Source: Octopus vulgaris
Taxonomy: Eukaryota
Assembly (NCBI GenBank): GCA_951406725.2
Contig: OX597839.1
Location: 992,001 to 1,056,000, forward strand
Direction of reading: 5' to 3'
Length of the DNA: 64,000 bases
The notes below the pieces were generated by a model. That model made no database searches. It saw nothing but the letters and a program-made list of their open reading frames with translations, and was not told where the DNA came from. Made by a program: the position numbers and the translations under genes. Shown piece by piece: positions 16,033 through 30,544 of this stretch (its first letter is position 1; every line of letters begins with the position of its first letter).

Positions 16033-16314
16033 GTTATGTGTGCACACACACATGTACACACATAACAACACACACAGACGTGTGTGTATGTGTTTGTGTG
16101 TAAGCTTGTGTGTGTACGTATGAGTTTATATGACAGGACCTTTTCAGTTTCCATCCGCATAAAAGGCTTTCGTCAACCCGAAGCAATTGTAGAAGACACT
16201 CAAGCTGTCAGGCTGTGGGACTGAACTCGAGACCATGTTTTTGAGACGCTAAATTCTTTCCATATTGCTACACCTACGCAGCTAGCTAGCTAGATAGTTA
16301 GATAGATTGAAAGT

Positions 16315-16396
<82 letters not shown>

Positions 16397-16944
16397 TATA
16401 GATAGATAGATAGATAGATAGATACATAGATAGATATATAGATAGATAGATAGATAGATAGATATATAGATAGATAGATAGATAGATGCATACATATATA
16501 CATAAACGATGCGTAGTAGTTTGCGAATTAAAACAGGATGTAAATTGAAAATACAATGTGTCGTTCAATCAAAACCTCCAGAATTCGAACATTGACTCCA
16601 GACTTTTTAGGTCACGAAACTGCAAAACCACAACAGAGTATATTTACCTGTGCATGGGCGTGTGTGTGAGTTTGTGTGGGTTGGGGGTGAGTACACGAGC
16701 GTGTGTATCTACGTCAGTTAACAAGGAAGTATTTACGTGGTTCTTTTATACAATGTAGTATCAAAGGTTCCCAGATTAGTTATTTCATAAAAGACATTTT
16801 TTTTACCTAAGTTTTCACATCATCCCCTCGGTTCCAACGTTCCTGCCACTTTTTGAATCCGTCCTGGAAGCCAAGGTCCTTCAGCGATTCGCAACCATTG
16901 AGCTACATTTTTGTCTTGAGGAAAAATATGAAGGTTCGCAATGA

Positions 16945-17330
16945 CTCTCATGGCTTCCGATCTTAACTGAATCGAAGTGTTATCATCTATATTGTTTTGC
17001 CTTGGTATAAATCATGGGCTACAGCAAATGATCTGCTCAATGCCTCATATTTGCTTGTCACTTGTTTAACCTTAATCAGTTGAGCATATCTTTTTGTGCC
17101 TGACGATATATGCATCTCTGATCATGAGTAGTAGTAGGGGAGCATCATAACCATGTGTTGAGAGGAATTCTTTGGGGTTAGAATAATTAACATTTGGAAA
17201 TATGGGTGTTTCGTTCAACATTCTTAAACAACCCTCATTCCGGGACCTTATGAGCGGGTTTACTGAACGCGAAGAAAATTCTAACTGGGCCCCCACTTGC
17301 AAGGTCATGATACATGTATCGAACACAGAT
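16945..17330 (+). mobile_element. Diverged partial copy of the ~555 bp (TAA)n-inserting element
   Basis: CTCTCATGGCTTCCGATCTTAACTGA...AACTGGGCCCCACTTGCAAGGTCATG matches the reverse complement of 42410-42785. Confidence 0.8.
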
Positions 17331-17439
17331 CAAATATGGGCTCTACAACACAAGCAACACGCGGGATACGAAAAAACGACTTTAACATAAGTAACAATTA
17401 ACAATACTATTAAACAATAAAAGTTCCCTAAAAGCCGGG

Positions 17440-18625
17440 AGTCCCTCACAGGGACAGCCGAGGAACCCTACACAACCTGGTTACCCCAACAGCTTGAAAA
17501 GGAAAGTGATGGTGGAGAGGGGATTTCTTATCCCCACCACAGTATTTTTTTAAGGTAGGTGAATATAATGAGGATGGCCCGAGTGAAAGGGCCTACTCTG
17601 AGCCCTCACTCCTAAACTCTTCCGGTTTACACCTGAATGCTCAGAGTAGATCCATTCACGCAGGTCATCCTCACCACATTCACTCACCTTTCACAACAAT
17701 ACTCTGGTGGGGGTAAGAAATTCAATGTCCACCCTGACTTTCCTTTTCAAGCGGAGTTAGGAAAAGTCGATGAGGACTTGTCTGAAGCAGAGAGTATCAG
17801 TTTTCAGTCCTTTCAATCTCAACCCCCACACCATCAAACCGTCTTCACCATCAAACAGAACAAAACTGCCTTTCTATCCAGGCCAAAAGAAGGCAGCGGG
17901 ACGATCTTCACAAAGCATTCGGGTGATAACCGGGTCCATCCAACATAATTCAACAACTGTTCGACAAAGCAGAACAAGCAGGTAGTGACCGAATAATATG
18001 CGAGTGCATACAAGACGTTTTCGACGCCCTGCAAACAAACACCTTGGGCAGGTCATTCTGCGACCGTTCGGTGTCTGTAGAGCTTGTCTCGATCCGGCAG
18101 CGCTCCACAGTAGTACTGCTTGTTCTTGGATTACTGCAAGATAACCATATGCGTCAGTCCGAAAATCCTTCGGAAAACAAATTAATTCATCCATTCCGAT
18201 TCCCGGAGGTTTCCCTAAGATGTTGACGATCTTGCCCATCACTATTAACGAATAGAACTTCATCGTGGAACTTTCAACGACCGTGTTACTCGGGTGGCAG
18301 AAAGCTGTGAGCGCTTGCTGACACTCCAGCTTCCAAGCGCCATTTCTTGGTCTACGCTTGATCCAATTCTGTGGCTCTGTGTATGTCTGTGATGCGGAAA
18401 ATCCTATCTGACAAACGGTGACCACATCTACTCAACGAAGACGAAACGCTTGAGATATCGTAGCGCCAACTCACGTCCGCGCATCTTTACCCACTTTATA
18501 CGCAGTCGGCCACCCAGCGGCTGTTAACAGCAGATAGACAGTCTAATTAACGGACATGTCCCATCCACAGAAAGTGGAAGCGCAATCACTCCAAATTGAT
18601 CAACCACGAAGTGGGAAGAGGGACG
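17440..18625 (-). mobile_element. L1/Tx1-clade LINE 3' fragment
   Basis: WIKRRPRNGAWKLECQQAL; CPRC zf-RVT region; homologous to 57800-58950. Confidence 0.75.
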
Positions 18626-18796
18626 GGCCCATTTCAGTTTCTATCCTCCACATCCACACAATAGTTTTTTGTCGACCCGAAGCAATTGTAGAAGACACTC
18701 AAGCTGCCAGGCTGTGGGACTGAACTCGAGACCATGTTTTTGAGAAGCTAAATTCTTTCCATATTGCTACGCCTACAGAGCTAGATAGATAGATAA

Positions 18797-18839
<43 letters not shown>

Positions 18840-19490
18840 CATACATACATACATACATACATACATACATACATACATACATACATACATACATACATAC
18901 ATACATAAACGATGCGTAGTAATTTGCGAATTAAAACAGGATGTAAATTGAAAATACAAAGTGTCGTTCAATCAAAACCTCCAGAATTCGAACAATGACT
19001 CCAGACTTTTTAGGTCACGAAACTGCAAAACCAAAACAGAGTATATTTACCTGTGCATGGGCGTGTGTGTGAGTTTGTGTGGGTTGGGAGTGAGTACACG
19101 AGCGTGTGTATCTATGTCAGTTAACAAGGAAGTATTTACGAGGTTCTTTTATACAAGGTAGTATCAAACGTTCCCAGATTAGTTATTTCATAAAATACAT
19201 TTGTTTTACCTAAGTTTTCACATCATCCCCTCGGTTCCAACGTTCCTGCCACTTTTTGAATCTGTCCTGGATGCCAAGGTCCTTCAGCGATTCGCAACCA
19301 TTGAGCTACATTTTTGTCTTGGGGAAAAATATGAAGGTTCGCAATGGCTCTCATGTCTTCCGATCTTAACTGATTCGAAGTGTTATCATCTATATTGTTT
19401 TGCCTTGGTATAGATCATGGGCTACAGCAAATGATCTGCTCAATGCCACATATTTGCTTGTCACCTGTTTAACCTTAATCAGTTGAGCAT

Positions 19491-20755
19491 AGGCGTCAGT
19501 CCGAAAATTCTTCGGAAAACAAATTAATTCATCCATTCCTATTCCCGGAAGTTTCCCTGAGATGTTGACGATCTTGCCCATCACTATTAACGAATAGAAC
19601 TTCATCGTGGAACTTTCAACGACCGTGTTATTCGGGTGGCAGAAAGCTGTGAGCGCTTGCTGACACTCCAGCTTCCAAGCGTCCTTTCTTGGTCTACGCT
19701 TGATCCAAGCCTGTGGCTCTGTGATGCGGAAAATCCTATCTGACAAACGGTGACCACATCCACTCAACGAAGACGAAACTCTTGAGATATCGCAGTCTCA
19801 ACTCACGTCCGCGCATCTTTACCCACTTTATACGCAGTCGGCCACTCAGCGGCTGTTAACAGCAGGTAGACAGTCTAATTAACGGACATGTCCCATCCAC
19901 AGAATGTGGAAACGCAATCGCTCCAAATTGATCAACCACGAAGTAGGGAGAGGGACAGCAGTCAGGCGGTAGTAGATAACGGAAGCGATGTACGCATTCC
20001 TCACCTCAGCCCGGGCTTTCCGGATCACATTAGCCATGTTACTCGTCACCTCCCCTAGTTATTGTCCATTTCTAGCAATGGACTAAATCAGACGCCGAGT
20101 AGTTTGACGGGTCTTTCTATCCAGCGTCCAACACCACTGTCGCTTGGCATGGACCTAAATCGTCACCATCGAGCTGAAGGCCCTCCGACTTGTCCAGATT
20201 AATATTTGCTCCTCTCACCGCTTAGTACTCCCTTGCCACAGTGGACGTCTCTTCGATTTACGAACTCTCCGACACTATTGCAATCACGTCGTCCGCATAA
20301 GCTGACACGAAACGTCTGTATTCCAGTTCACGCGTGATGGGCCTCAAAATATCCAATTTGCTCAGTAATGGCTCGAGAGCCAGCATGTACAGAAGAGGCG
20401 AGAATAGACATCCTAGATGTACCGAACGGATGATGCTAAACGATTTCGATAGGTGGTCATTTATTTAGACCACTGAACAGATGTCTTTGTAAGACGTCCA
20501 GCCTCTGGAAACAGGACTGGAAACAGTATTCATGGTCAACCCCTTCGAAAGCTTTTGACTGATCCAAATTGATCAGTGCCCTATCGATGCTACGTTCCTT
20601 TCCTACACTTCCTTTGAGGTAGCGCGTCAGGTGGTGGTTGTCGTGGATAGATCTGCTCAGGATTGTGCATGTCTGCACGTCACCAACAAATTTATCTTCA
20701 AATAGTACCTAAGTCTTGGCTAACATCTTGGCCAAAACCTTATGATCTGCGTTGC
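19491..20755 (-). mobile_element. L1/Tx1 RT fragment
   Basis: NADHKVLAK, QT....RSIHDN, LINLDQSKAF..VDH, SAYADDV motifs. Confidence 0.85.
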
Positions 20756-20759
20756 CCTT

Positions 20760-22733
20760 TGTGGGAGACTCTTCTATGTTTCTGTTGTGTGCCCGCAGAC
20801 GACACGTAGGCTAGTCCAACTCGTATAAATAATGGACGTGATAGCTAGTCGGAAAAGCATCCCGCCGATTCTTAAAGTTGAGTTGGTGGAGAGAAAGCAT
20901 AGAGCGAGGCGAAGTTTTGTGTCTTTGATATTACTCACAAGTGAGTTGTTGCGTTATGTTATATTGAATTGTTGAATCGTTGAATAACGGAATTGTTAAA
21001 TTGCTGTATTATTGAATTGTTGAACTTGTAGTTATTTGAAGTTGTTGAAAATTTTGTTTGTCTTCCCATTTAATGGGTGAAGCGCTAAATAACGAAAATA
21101 TGCAGGTCCAGACGGGCAGTTATGTTGCGGTTACAGGCAAAAGTCTGCCAGTGGAGCGACTGCAAATACAGGAGCTGGAAGTGAAAATATAGATTATAAG
21201 AAGTTTTAAAACATTTTGAAGAAGGAAGAAGGTTGTTTGAGACCGACACCCCCAAAAGAACTAGCAGACAATTTGGAAAGAAAAATCATCACCTATCGAA
21301 CGCTGAACATAGCGACATGAGAAATAGAAATAGCAGGCGTTGAAGAACTAGAGGAGTGTTTGAAAGAAGTTAAGGAAGTGACGACTTTCTATAACAGAGG
21401 ACGAAAATTTGGCACGGTGGAGGTACGCTTCGTTAATGAGAATGAAGCAAAGAAGTACTCCACCGTAGCCTTGAAATCAGCACAGTGGGCACGCTTACCT
21501 ACCTAACGTGGCAGACGCGCTACCAGAGTTACAATAGGGAGAGTGCCACCCGATTTAACGAGGACTGGCTTGTGGCAGCTATCCTCTACAACACAGAGGA
21601 GAAAGTGGAAATACTGAAAATGTCAAAGACAGCGGAGGTCAACTAATGGGGGTACGGCCTAGAGTTGATGGTACTTATCAGCCTGCCTGACCTCCACAAA
21701 ATCACAGAAGAGATTGTCCTGACCGATGAGAGCAGACTGAGAGTCATAGTGGAGGGTAGACCACCAATATGCTTTAAATGCGGAGTAAGGAGACACATGA
21801 ATGCAAAGTGTCCCCAGAAACACGAACAAGAAGTAGTGGAGAAGAGAAGTCAGATAGAAGAGAATATAATATCGGAGAAGGAAACAGAGTTTACAATGGT
21901 AGAGAAGAAAGGAAAGAGCGAATCTCCACCGCAAAATAAAAGGAATGTGGAGGATAAAAAGAAGAGAAAAGAAGAAATGAGGAAGCAACGGAGAATCGAA
22001 CTCAAGAGCCAGAAACTTCAACGAGCAAGGATAAGGAAGAACGGAAGAAACGGGGGAACGAGCAACAAACTAGAAATGGAGTCACCAGTTACTGGTGTAG
22101 AGAGTAAAGAAATACAGCCAAGAAAGCCACGCAAAGGAAAACATGAACGAGTGTTGGTGACTTACGAGAGAAGTGTGGAAATGGAAAAGCGTATAGTTAA
22201 AATGAAAGGTGTAATAAGAGTGAAATTAGCAGATAATGAAGAGAACCGCATCATGGAAGCAGTGCTACTGGAAAGTGAAAGAGTGGCAAGATTGAAAGAG
22301 ATATTTGGAAGCAGAGTGTAAATTACAAGAAAGCGTTTTCAATATGATGAATTGCTACCAGTGGTAATGTATGAAGACTTAATACCTTATGCAATATAAG
22401 CATCATAAATACTGGACAAAATCATTAAGAATAAAGAACTGGGACTTTCTAATTTGCTGGGTAGAAAGCCATTTCATTATCATAAGTTCACACTTCATAA
22501 TTCATTCGTAAATCATTCTATGTACCCCACATTTGTTTTTGTAATGTCCATTCTATAGAAAAGGCTTTTTATCAATAATAAAGAGAAAGCTTTTAGAGAG
22601 CCGGAGCCTTCGGTAGACTAGACGTCGAGTTATGTTGTTTCGAGTCGTCGGAAGTAAGAGTTCGGTAGTTGAGAAGGGGTACGTTATTGGTGAAGGCACA
22701 CCATCCGAACGTGCGATATAACAGTTTCCAACA
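20760..22733 (+). mobile_element. ~2 kb TG...CA-bounded element containing a decayed Tx1/L1 ORF1-like gene
   Basis: Ends TGTGGGAGAC / GTTTCCAACA (8/10 inverted match); SYVAV, GTVEVRF, RVTIGRVPP and VEGRPPICFKCGVRRHMNAKC (CCHC) in a disrupted ORF from ~21073; AATAAA near 22577; no ORF2 follows. Confidence 0.6.
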
Positions 22734-23330
22734 ACCCTCCCTTTTATTCCTTTCTAAGACTAATACCTTACAAAACCTAACCAATTTTATTGTCATTGCC
22801 TTTCACGGCAAGGCTCCATTTGCTGTTGACGATTACCCACGTCAACCCCGTCTAAAATCATTCTTTAATACATTCTCTGTATCCTTGGCACGTCGCCAGT
22901 GACGACTTTAGCTTCTTGTCTGTGTAACCGGCCGGTTTTAAAATTGTCTTCTAAGGTATTCTAAGCTGTCCCTAGTGATCGCAAACTTCTTATCTGTGTA
23001 ACCGACCGGTTCGAAAATTGGACAGCTTAAACAATCTTTATCTGCTGGCCTACAGAATACTTTGTATAGATACGACCTGGGCGATCCGATGCAATTCGAC
23101 CACGTCCACATTGGCGCATCCGAGACATCCAATCTGTATCTAGCTCAGAGAGCTTGAAAAATTTGAGCATGTCTGTGAGGCTTTTACCACACCTCCTCAA
23201 TCCTTTAGCTCTTACCAGTCAAAGCATCGCTCTTAAAGCGAAACTGTACGCGAAAACTTGTCGATCGGTGAGTCTGGTTTCACTGATGGACACTACATCG
23301 GCACCTTGCTGATTATTGTAGTGTAGTTGA
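22734..23330 (-). mobile_element. L1/Tx1 endonuclease-region fragment
   Basis: DVVSISETRL; PMWTWSN.IGS.RSYL..VF; homologous to 29400-30200. Confidence 0.75.
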
Positions 23331-23614
23331 AAATGTTTGAAAAGGACTCTTCGTAGACCGCAAGTTGCCAATGACTGTTTTAGAGTCTTCTTTAAGCAGT
23401 CAGGTATCAATTTACCCAAAATAGAATAATGAAGTTATTAATAAAATGGGTGGAAAATAATGTTTGCAAGACTTCAGAATTCTAGCATCACTCCTCCTGT
23501 TATAGGCAGAAGGCCTGAAAATTGGGAAGGAGGACTATTCAATTACACCTTAAGCCTGGTGCATATTCTGTCGATGCCGTTAGTGGAATGGCTTCATTTG
23601 GAGACGTAAACACT

Positions 23615-23651
<37 letters not shown>

Positions 23652-23676
23652 ATATGTAGGTAGGTAGATAGATAAA

Positions 23677-23710
<34 letters not shown>

Positions 23711-24026
23711 CACAGATATAAATCATTATATGTACCCCACGTTTGTCTTTGTACACACACGTTTAGATACAATATAGATACACACAGAAAGTTTAAAATA
23801 CAATATATACAATATATATACACACAGACACTCTGTAAGCAGATTGTTGAATGGCCGTTGAATACGTTGTAGTTCCTCCCCCTTTTAACGGGCCTAATTT
23901 TTTGTCCCGCAGGGTGTCCAACAAATACCAAGTCTGGAGGGTTAACAGTTTAGTCGTCGACGACCCGACTATACAACAGATTGTACTGGGCTACATGTTA
24001 CCAGTTACACTCAAGAGCGACCTGAC

Positions 24027-24091
<65 letters not shown>

Positions 24092-26499
24092 GTATGTATG
24101 CATCTATATATGTGAGTATGGATGTAGGTGTGTACATATGTATGTGTGTGGCGGGGTCAGATACACTACACAGTGTAGGAGCTTCTCCGTGGTCAAACTT
24201 TCTCAACTCATATTTCACACCCTAGGTAGATTTACAACACACTGAATAATGTAGACCAAAGGTACAATATAATTTTCGAAACAGAAGACAATATGATCAC
24301 ATCTGGAATATCTTTGATTATGGATCTAATGCCTCGGGACTCCCCATGTGATAAATAACTAGAACAACAACAAAATGTCATCCCTAGAGATTGTATCAAA
24401 TCTCTTAAAATTAATGGTTGTTTTCAAAATCATTTGAAACACGGAGATATCGTATTCTTTTGAGGGATCTCTGAATTCATTAATGTTTAGCTAATCATTT
24501 CTTAAATGCTCATATAATTTGACCAATAGTTTAATTCTGTACAACTTTATACCATCTGATCCCGATATATATCACATGGCCGCTAAAACCGCATTGCACT
24601 CCATTCATTAATTTAAACAACAATAATTTTGTAGAAAATGTTGTGATAGGTGAACTCAGCATACATTTGCCGCATCTGAACATAATTTTCTTTTTGTTGT
24701 TTCCTATGATAGCTACTTTCTTTGTGAAGCTATGATAATTTTATTCCTCGTCTTACAGAATGATTGAATAAAAATATAAATTATTATAATGTTTACTAAT
24801 TCATATGAATATAAAAAGTTTTTTGTAATACAGATGATCGACGGATTTAGGTCATAAGACAAAAATCCAGAAACATCGAATGTAAGGAAATTTCCGCGAC
24901 GTTGTGTTCTTGAGCAAAACACTTCATTTCACGTTGCTCCAGTCCACTCAGCTGGCAAAAAATGAGTAACGCGTCCCGTCCAACTGGGGAACACATACGC
25001 CATAGAAACCGGGAAACCGGAACCATGAGCCTGGCTACGCTTTAATAAAGGGTGCATTCATTTTCTATTTAAGTATAGTACAGATTGATCCGGCGGTTTG
25101 ACCGTGCATTGAGTACACGCACACAAACAAGGTATTTTATATATTAATATGTGTGTGTATGTGTGTGTGAGTGTGGGTTTGTGTAAGAATGTGTGTGTGT
25201 GTGTGTGTGCATGTATATATGTATGTATGCACGAGATTCTGTGTCAGTACGTTTCACTAAATTGTAATTGATTACGACGCCGACTAGAAACCGATTCTCA
25301 ATGAAGATCTTACTCGCATCATTCGCATCATTCGCTGAGTACATATTTTATAATTCTCATTTACCTACTGCTCAATTCATTAATTTTCCGAAACTTTAAT
25401 GTGGCTTAAGGCGTTTAGATATGTCGCAGAAAGATATTCCATGATAGGAAGGATACATTAAACTTTCCATTCAAAAGATTCAACTCCTTTATACCATTTT
25501 CATTGTGGGACTAAGTCTATCAGCGGTGAATTAACCATTAAGCAAAATAATCACGTGGTTAGGGCATCAAGCGAAGTAGGGTGCACACAAAAATCTGCAT
25601 TTACACTAAGTAGAGATAAAGGCATCCCGAATATCTTAGCAAGTTTAAAGTGATTGCTTTTGTGCCGTAAACCACTTACCATTATTGTTGTGTATATATA
25701 TATACATATAGAAAAGACGCAACGAAAACTTTAGAAAAAATAAATAAGTAAATGAGTGGAAATCGAACTGTTGTGTGTTTGTTAAATAATAAGGCTATTC
25801 TTTCTCTTTCTACTAACGTCATTGTTACTTGATAATTTGCCTGACCTCAATATCCTTTTCTGGTGAATGAGCATAACAGTAATGCAAGTCGCAGTATAGC
25901 TGAGGCATTCAACGGGTTAATGTGACACCTTTAATGTTTTATTTGTTAGAAAACCTGTCACCAGTTTGTTCGTGTCGTACATATACGTACTTTCAAACAG
26001 GTATAGCTTGCTTCCTAACCACACGGCTCCAAGTTCAGTCCTACTGCGTGGCAACTTCGGCAAGAGTCTTCTACAATGGCCTCAGGTCGACTAAAGCCTT
26101 GAGTGTGGATTTGGTAAATGGAAACTGAAAGAAGCTCGTCGTATATACATATTTTTTTTATATAAGTGCGTGTGTGTGTGTCTATGTATGTGTGCGCGTG
26201 CGTGTGTGTGTGTTTGTGTGTCTGTGTTTCCCCCCCCACTATCGCATGTCAACCGATGATGGTGTGTTTACGAAAGAGACTGATAAAATAAGTACTGGGC
26301 TTACATAGAATAAATCCTGTTCGTCTAAAAGCGGTGCTCCAGCATGGTCGCAATCAATTGACTGAAACATGTAAAAGAATAAAACAATATGTATATGAAA
26401 TAATCCTTTTCTGGAACAGTGGATCTCGTAGAAAGTTTTTCAATCCAATATTTAAATATTCATAGCTCTATGTGATTCGAGGTCCACATTCTCAAAAAC

Positions 26500-26660
26500 A
26501 CAATTCCTTCACACCCACATAGATTGCATATCTGATTTGGATCATCAAGGCCTGCAGTTAAATTCTGATCTTTGTGTATCTTAAAATGTCTTTCGAGCCC
26601 TCCGTTAGATTTACAGACCTTATGGTATACATGGCATTGAAAGGTGTACACAGACATATA
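26500..26660 (-). mobile_element. Degenerate C2H2 finger(s), probably an RTE-type LINE C-terminus
   Basis: FQCHVYHKVCKSNGGLERHFKIH...ICNLCG; no TGEKP linker; second copy at ~38175-38335. Confidence 0.4.
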
Positions 26661-26815
26661 GACAGAGTAGTCAGTGCAGGATCGTTTCTCTTGGCTCCGC
26701 TAATGGAATATGAGCCTAGCGAAAAAGGCATGATCTGTAACAAACTGTGCACAGAAAATAAAATCAACGAGATCCACCTACACTGCTGCAACATCCTTAT
26801 TTAGATGTCTCTTGA

Positions 26816-26922
<107 letters not shown>

Positions 26923-26984
26923 GTGTATGGTTGTATGTTTGTATGTATGTATATATAATATATATATGAAGAAGAAATTAAATG

Positions 26985-27232
26985 TCCCCTTCTCCAGCGA
27001 TGCCAGGCTCATAAGGGCCGGTTTCTCAATTTCAGTGGCCTAGAATTTCCTCACTTGGACAGGACGCCAATCCGTCAAAGGATTACTTATTTTTGCTGCC
27101 TGAGTAGATGAGAGCAACGTGAAATGAAATGTTTTGCTCAAGAACACAAAGCGCCGCCTGGTCCAGGAATCAAATACACACTGCTACAATCACGAATCTA
27201 ACATTCTGACCACAGATGTTGCGCCTCCACTT
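26985..27232 (-). mobile_element. SINE
   Basis: Minus strand GGAGGCGCAA head and TGTTCTTGAGCAAAACA..TCATTTCACGTTGCTC core, shared with 24900-25050. Confidence 0.65.
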
Positions 27233-27286
27233 ATACACGTACATTTATACATATAAGTATATATATACTTACATATATGGGCATAC

Positions 27287-27326
<40 letters not shown>

Positions 27327-27789
27327 ATTGTGTGTGTATGCGTGTGTGTGTTTTAGTGTGAGCGCATATGTGTGCATGTATGTATGTATGTATGTATGTA
27401 TATATATATAATGGCAGTTGTATCTGGCGTTTCCTGGGTTAAAGACAATAAGGAAATTTTTAACTGTCTTTTAGATCTCTAACATGAAACATAGAATACG
27501 CAGGTATTTCCCAGGGTATTGAAAATAAGGAAATTTAAGTATGCCTTTTAAATCTGAAAGTAAAAAGAAACATGGATTATGCCGTTCTGAACAGTAATTA
27601 GCTAAGGTACAAACTATTGATGTCAATAACATGGTATATCCGATGTTCGCATTGTTTAAATTGTTTTTAAAACAACCAGGTAGTTCTGTGTCTTTGTAAC
27701 CCCCTTCCATTGTGAACAGGTGTGGTTACTGTTTGTGAGGTGCACTTTACCGCAGCTCGACTCTTTGGCTGAACTGCAGTATTCGATCA

Positions 27790-30290
27790 AACAGAAACCG
27801 AGGCTAGGCAAATGGATCGCCTAACCATCAGAACGTTTCCCTTCCGCAAAAAGTGGAACAGTATGCGTTCCTCTTTGGTGATGGTACGGTCGGGACACGG
27901 CATTACGATCAGGCGGTAATAGATGACGGATGCGATGTACGTGTTCACCAACTCCGCCCGACGTTTTAGGGATAGCTTTCTCTCGGCTCATTACTGGATG
28001 AAAATGACCACCCGATTCGTTACGTCATCTCAGTTCTCCATTTCGACGTCCGGGCCGAACCAGACCCCGAGCAATTTAACCGGTCCGTCGCTCCAGTATC
28101 CCAAGATGAAGACGCTGTTGGACGGCATGGACCTGCCTCTCCAGGTGCCAAGCCACAAGCCCACTGACTTTTCCAGTTCATTTTCGCTCCCGTTACCGCT
28201 TCGTATTTTTTAGTGTCTCGTTGACCAGGTCGATATGACTGTGACTCGACACTATGACAGTGACGTCGTCCACGTATGCAGATACGCTCCTCATGTATCC
28301 CAGTTGTCGCCAGATGCCTCTCAGCGTCGCCGGCTACCGCAGTAGTGACTCTGGAGTTAATAGGTACAGAAGCAATGAGAGATGGGCATCCTTGACGGAC
28401 CGAACATGTAATGTTAAATGGTCTAGATAGATGGCCATATACTTGAACCACCGAGCGGATGCCGCTGTGTAAGTCACTGATCCAAACGCAGAAGACGGGA
28501 CCAAATACACCCTCTTTAAGGCCAGCCTCCAAGTAACGATGGTCGTCCCTACCGAAAGCTTTCAATTGATCCAGCGCCCCACCAATGCCAGGATTTTAAC
28601 TACTCTGTCTATGATGTAGCGCATCAGATGGAGGTTGTCATGGCTACACCTGCCCAGCACGGGGCATGTTTGCGCATTGTCGACCAGTTTCTCGATGACA
28701 TGCACCAACCTCTCACCTAGCACCTTGGCCAAAATCTTCAAATCTGCGTTGAGCAGAGTGATGGGCCTAAAGTTATATCTGTTTGGATCTTTCTTTAACG
28801 GAACCACTGCTCCTCAGCTCTCAAAACTGGGGATACTCCCGTTTTTCTGCCAGTTGCAGTAGAATGCTACGAAGAGGCCTCCAAACAAGTCTGGCATATG
28901 ACAATAAATCATGTAATGCAGACCATCAAAACTTAGAGACTTGTCTCCTGCGCAGCCTGCCATCGCATCCCGGACGTCTGCGGTTGTGATGGGTTTTTCC
29001 CAGCATTGAGCTTGCCGTGAGTCGTAGCAAGCCATGCAGTTAGGCGCTAAAGTCCTCACTGTGTTCTGACCCACCAGTTGTCTTGAACAGTCGAGCAAAT
29101 CGCTGTTGAAAGGCCTCACACATCCTTTTGGGCTCGAGTAATTCGCACCCCTCTTCATCTGTCAGAGACCTAATGGTAGCTTTGTTGCCTCATTGCGCTT
29201 CCGCCGCTCGGGACTCTCGGGCGGTTCCAATTTCTTCGTTTCTCAGAGCAAGCATCCTATCTCTGACAACGCATCCTTTGTGTTTTTGGTTGAAGTGTTC
29301 GTCGGGGGCCAACCTCGCCGCTAGCACGTTGGACGCGATGCCACTTCTATGTACCTCTTCTAATTGTTTAACCAGGTTATCCTCTATTCTATTTCGATTT
29401 ACCGCTAGAGCCTTACTATACCTAACCGATTCTGATTTAATTGCTTCCTTATGAGCACACAACATCTATTGTTGACGATGGCGCCCGTCAAAGCCCTCTT
29501 AACTAATGTGCTAATCCGGTATCTGTAAGCATGGCGCGCCGAGAACGACGCGTTCAGTTTCCAATAACCGGGACTCTGCCTATGATTCATATATAAGTCA
29601 AGCGTACAAGTCACAAATTTGTGATATGTGTATCTGACTATATGTAATTGTGGACAACCTACACTATCCCTATCCACTGTCCTACAGAATACTCCATATA
29701 AATACGATCTGGATGACCCGATGCGGTTGTTCCATGTCCACATTGGCACATTCAGGCGGTCCAGTCGGTACCTGCCAGACAGTTGGAAACGTCTGAGCAG
29801 GTCTTTGAGGCATTTACATCCCCTCCTATTCCTACTTCTACCCACGTAGTCTGGGTGCGTGTTCAAGTCCCCCACTAAAGGTAAATGTCGAGACGTTCCC
29901 AGGAAAACTTCTAGACGTCGAAAGATATCCGACCGATCTGCTAAGGATAAACTGTTATCAATCGAAAAACACACCCATTACTGCCATCAACATCCAAGAC
30001 GGCAAGACGACCAGCCTACCCTCTGGGTCTAGGAATATTGCTCTTCTTTCGAGGTACAGACTCTTCCGTAAAAAGCTCTGCGGTACCACCCCGCCCATTT
30101 TTGGCAGAGATGGAGAAAAATAAATGTCGAATTGTCCGCCGAATATGTGCTGGAGGCACCGCGGCTTGTGTAGTCCGGTCTCACTGATGGCTATGATATG
30201 CATATTCTGTGACTTGATGTCATTTAACAGGTAGCTATGTTTCCAAGGCGACCCTAAGCCATGCATATTTATACAACCTGTTCTAAGCAT
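27790..30290 (-). mobile_element. L1/Tx1 ORF2 pseudogene (APE endonuclease + RT)
   Basis: INMHGL...IIAISET; LVGDLN; PGYWKLN; NFRPITLLNADLKILAK; SVRQGCP; multiple frameshifts. Confidence 0.9.
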
Positions 30291-30339
30291 GTTCTTATCG
30301 AAAGTTGCGCTTTACACACGAAAAGAAAAGGAAATGAAT

Positions 30340-30370
<31 letters not shown>

Positions 30371-30544
30371 TCACTGCTCGAAAGTTGGTTGTTCTTCACC
30401 ACACAATCTTCTCTCAGAAGGTTTTTGTAGAATTGTTTTTGGTAAGTACTTTTGAAATCTCCCTACTGCATCCGGGTAGAGAGATTTCAGTGTGTTGTGT
30501 GTGATTTGTGTCACGTGTATAGCTTTTATGTGTTGTGGAAAAGT

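Larger units (their letters stand above)
16130..19955. repeat. Local tandem duplication X-Y-Z / X'-Z'
   Basis: 16130-17088 ~ 18630-19490 and 18148-18625 ~ 19491-19955; Y (17089-18147) is missing from the second copy. Confidence 0.85.

Noticed and set aside
24150-24760. Unique-looking segment as a possible exon or coding relic
   Set aside because: Stops in the frames I read and no recognisable motif; left unassigned
26500-26660. Host C2H2 zinc-finger gene
   Set aside because: Broken first finger, no canonical linkers or array; more like a retroelement terminus
27474-27502. Possible micro-exon ttttag...CAG|GTATTT
   Set aside because: Such splice-like motifs arise by chance; no coding or paralog support
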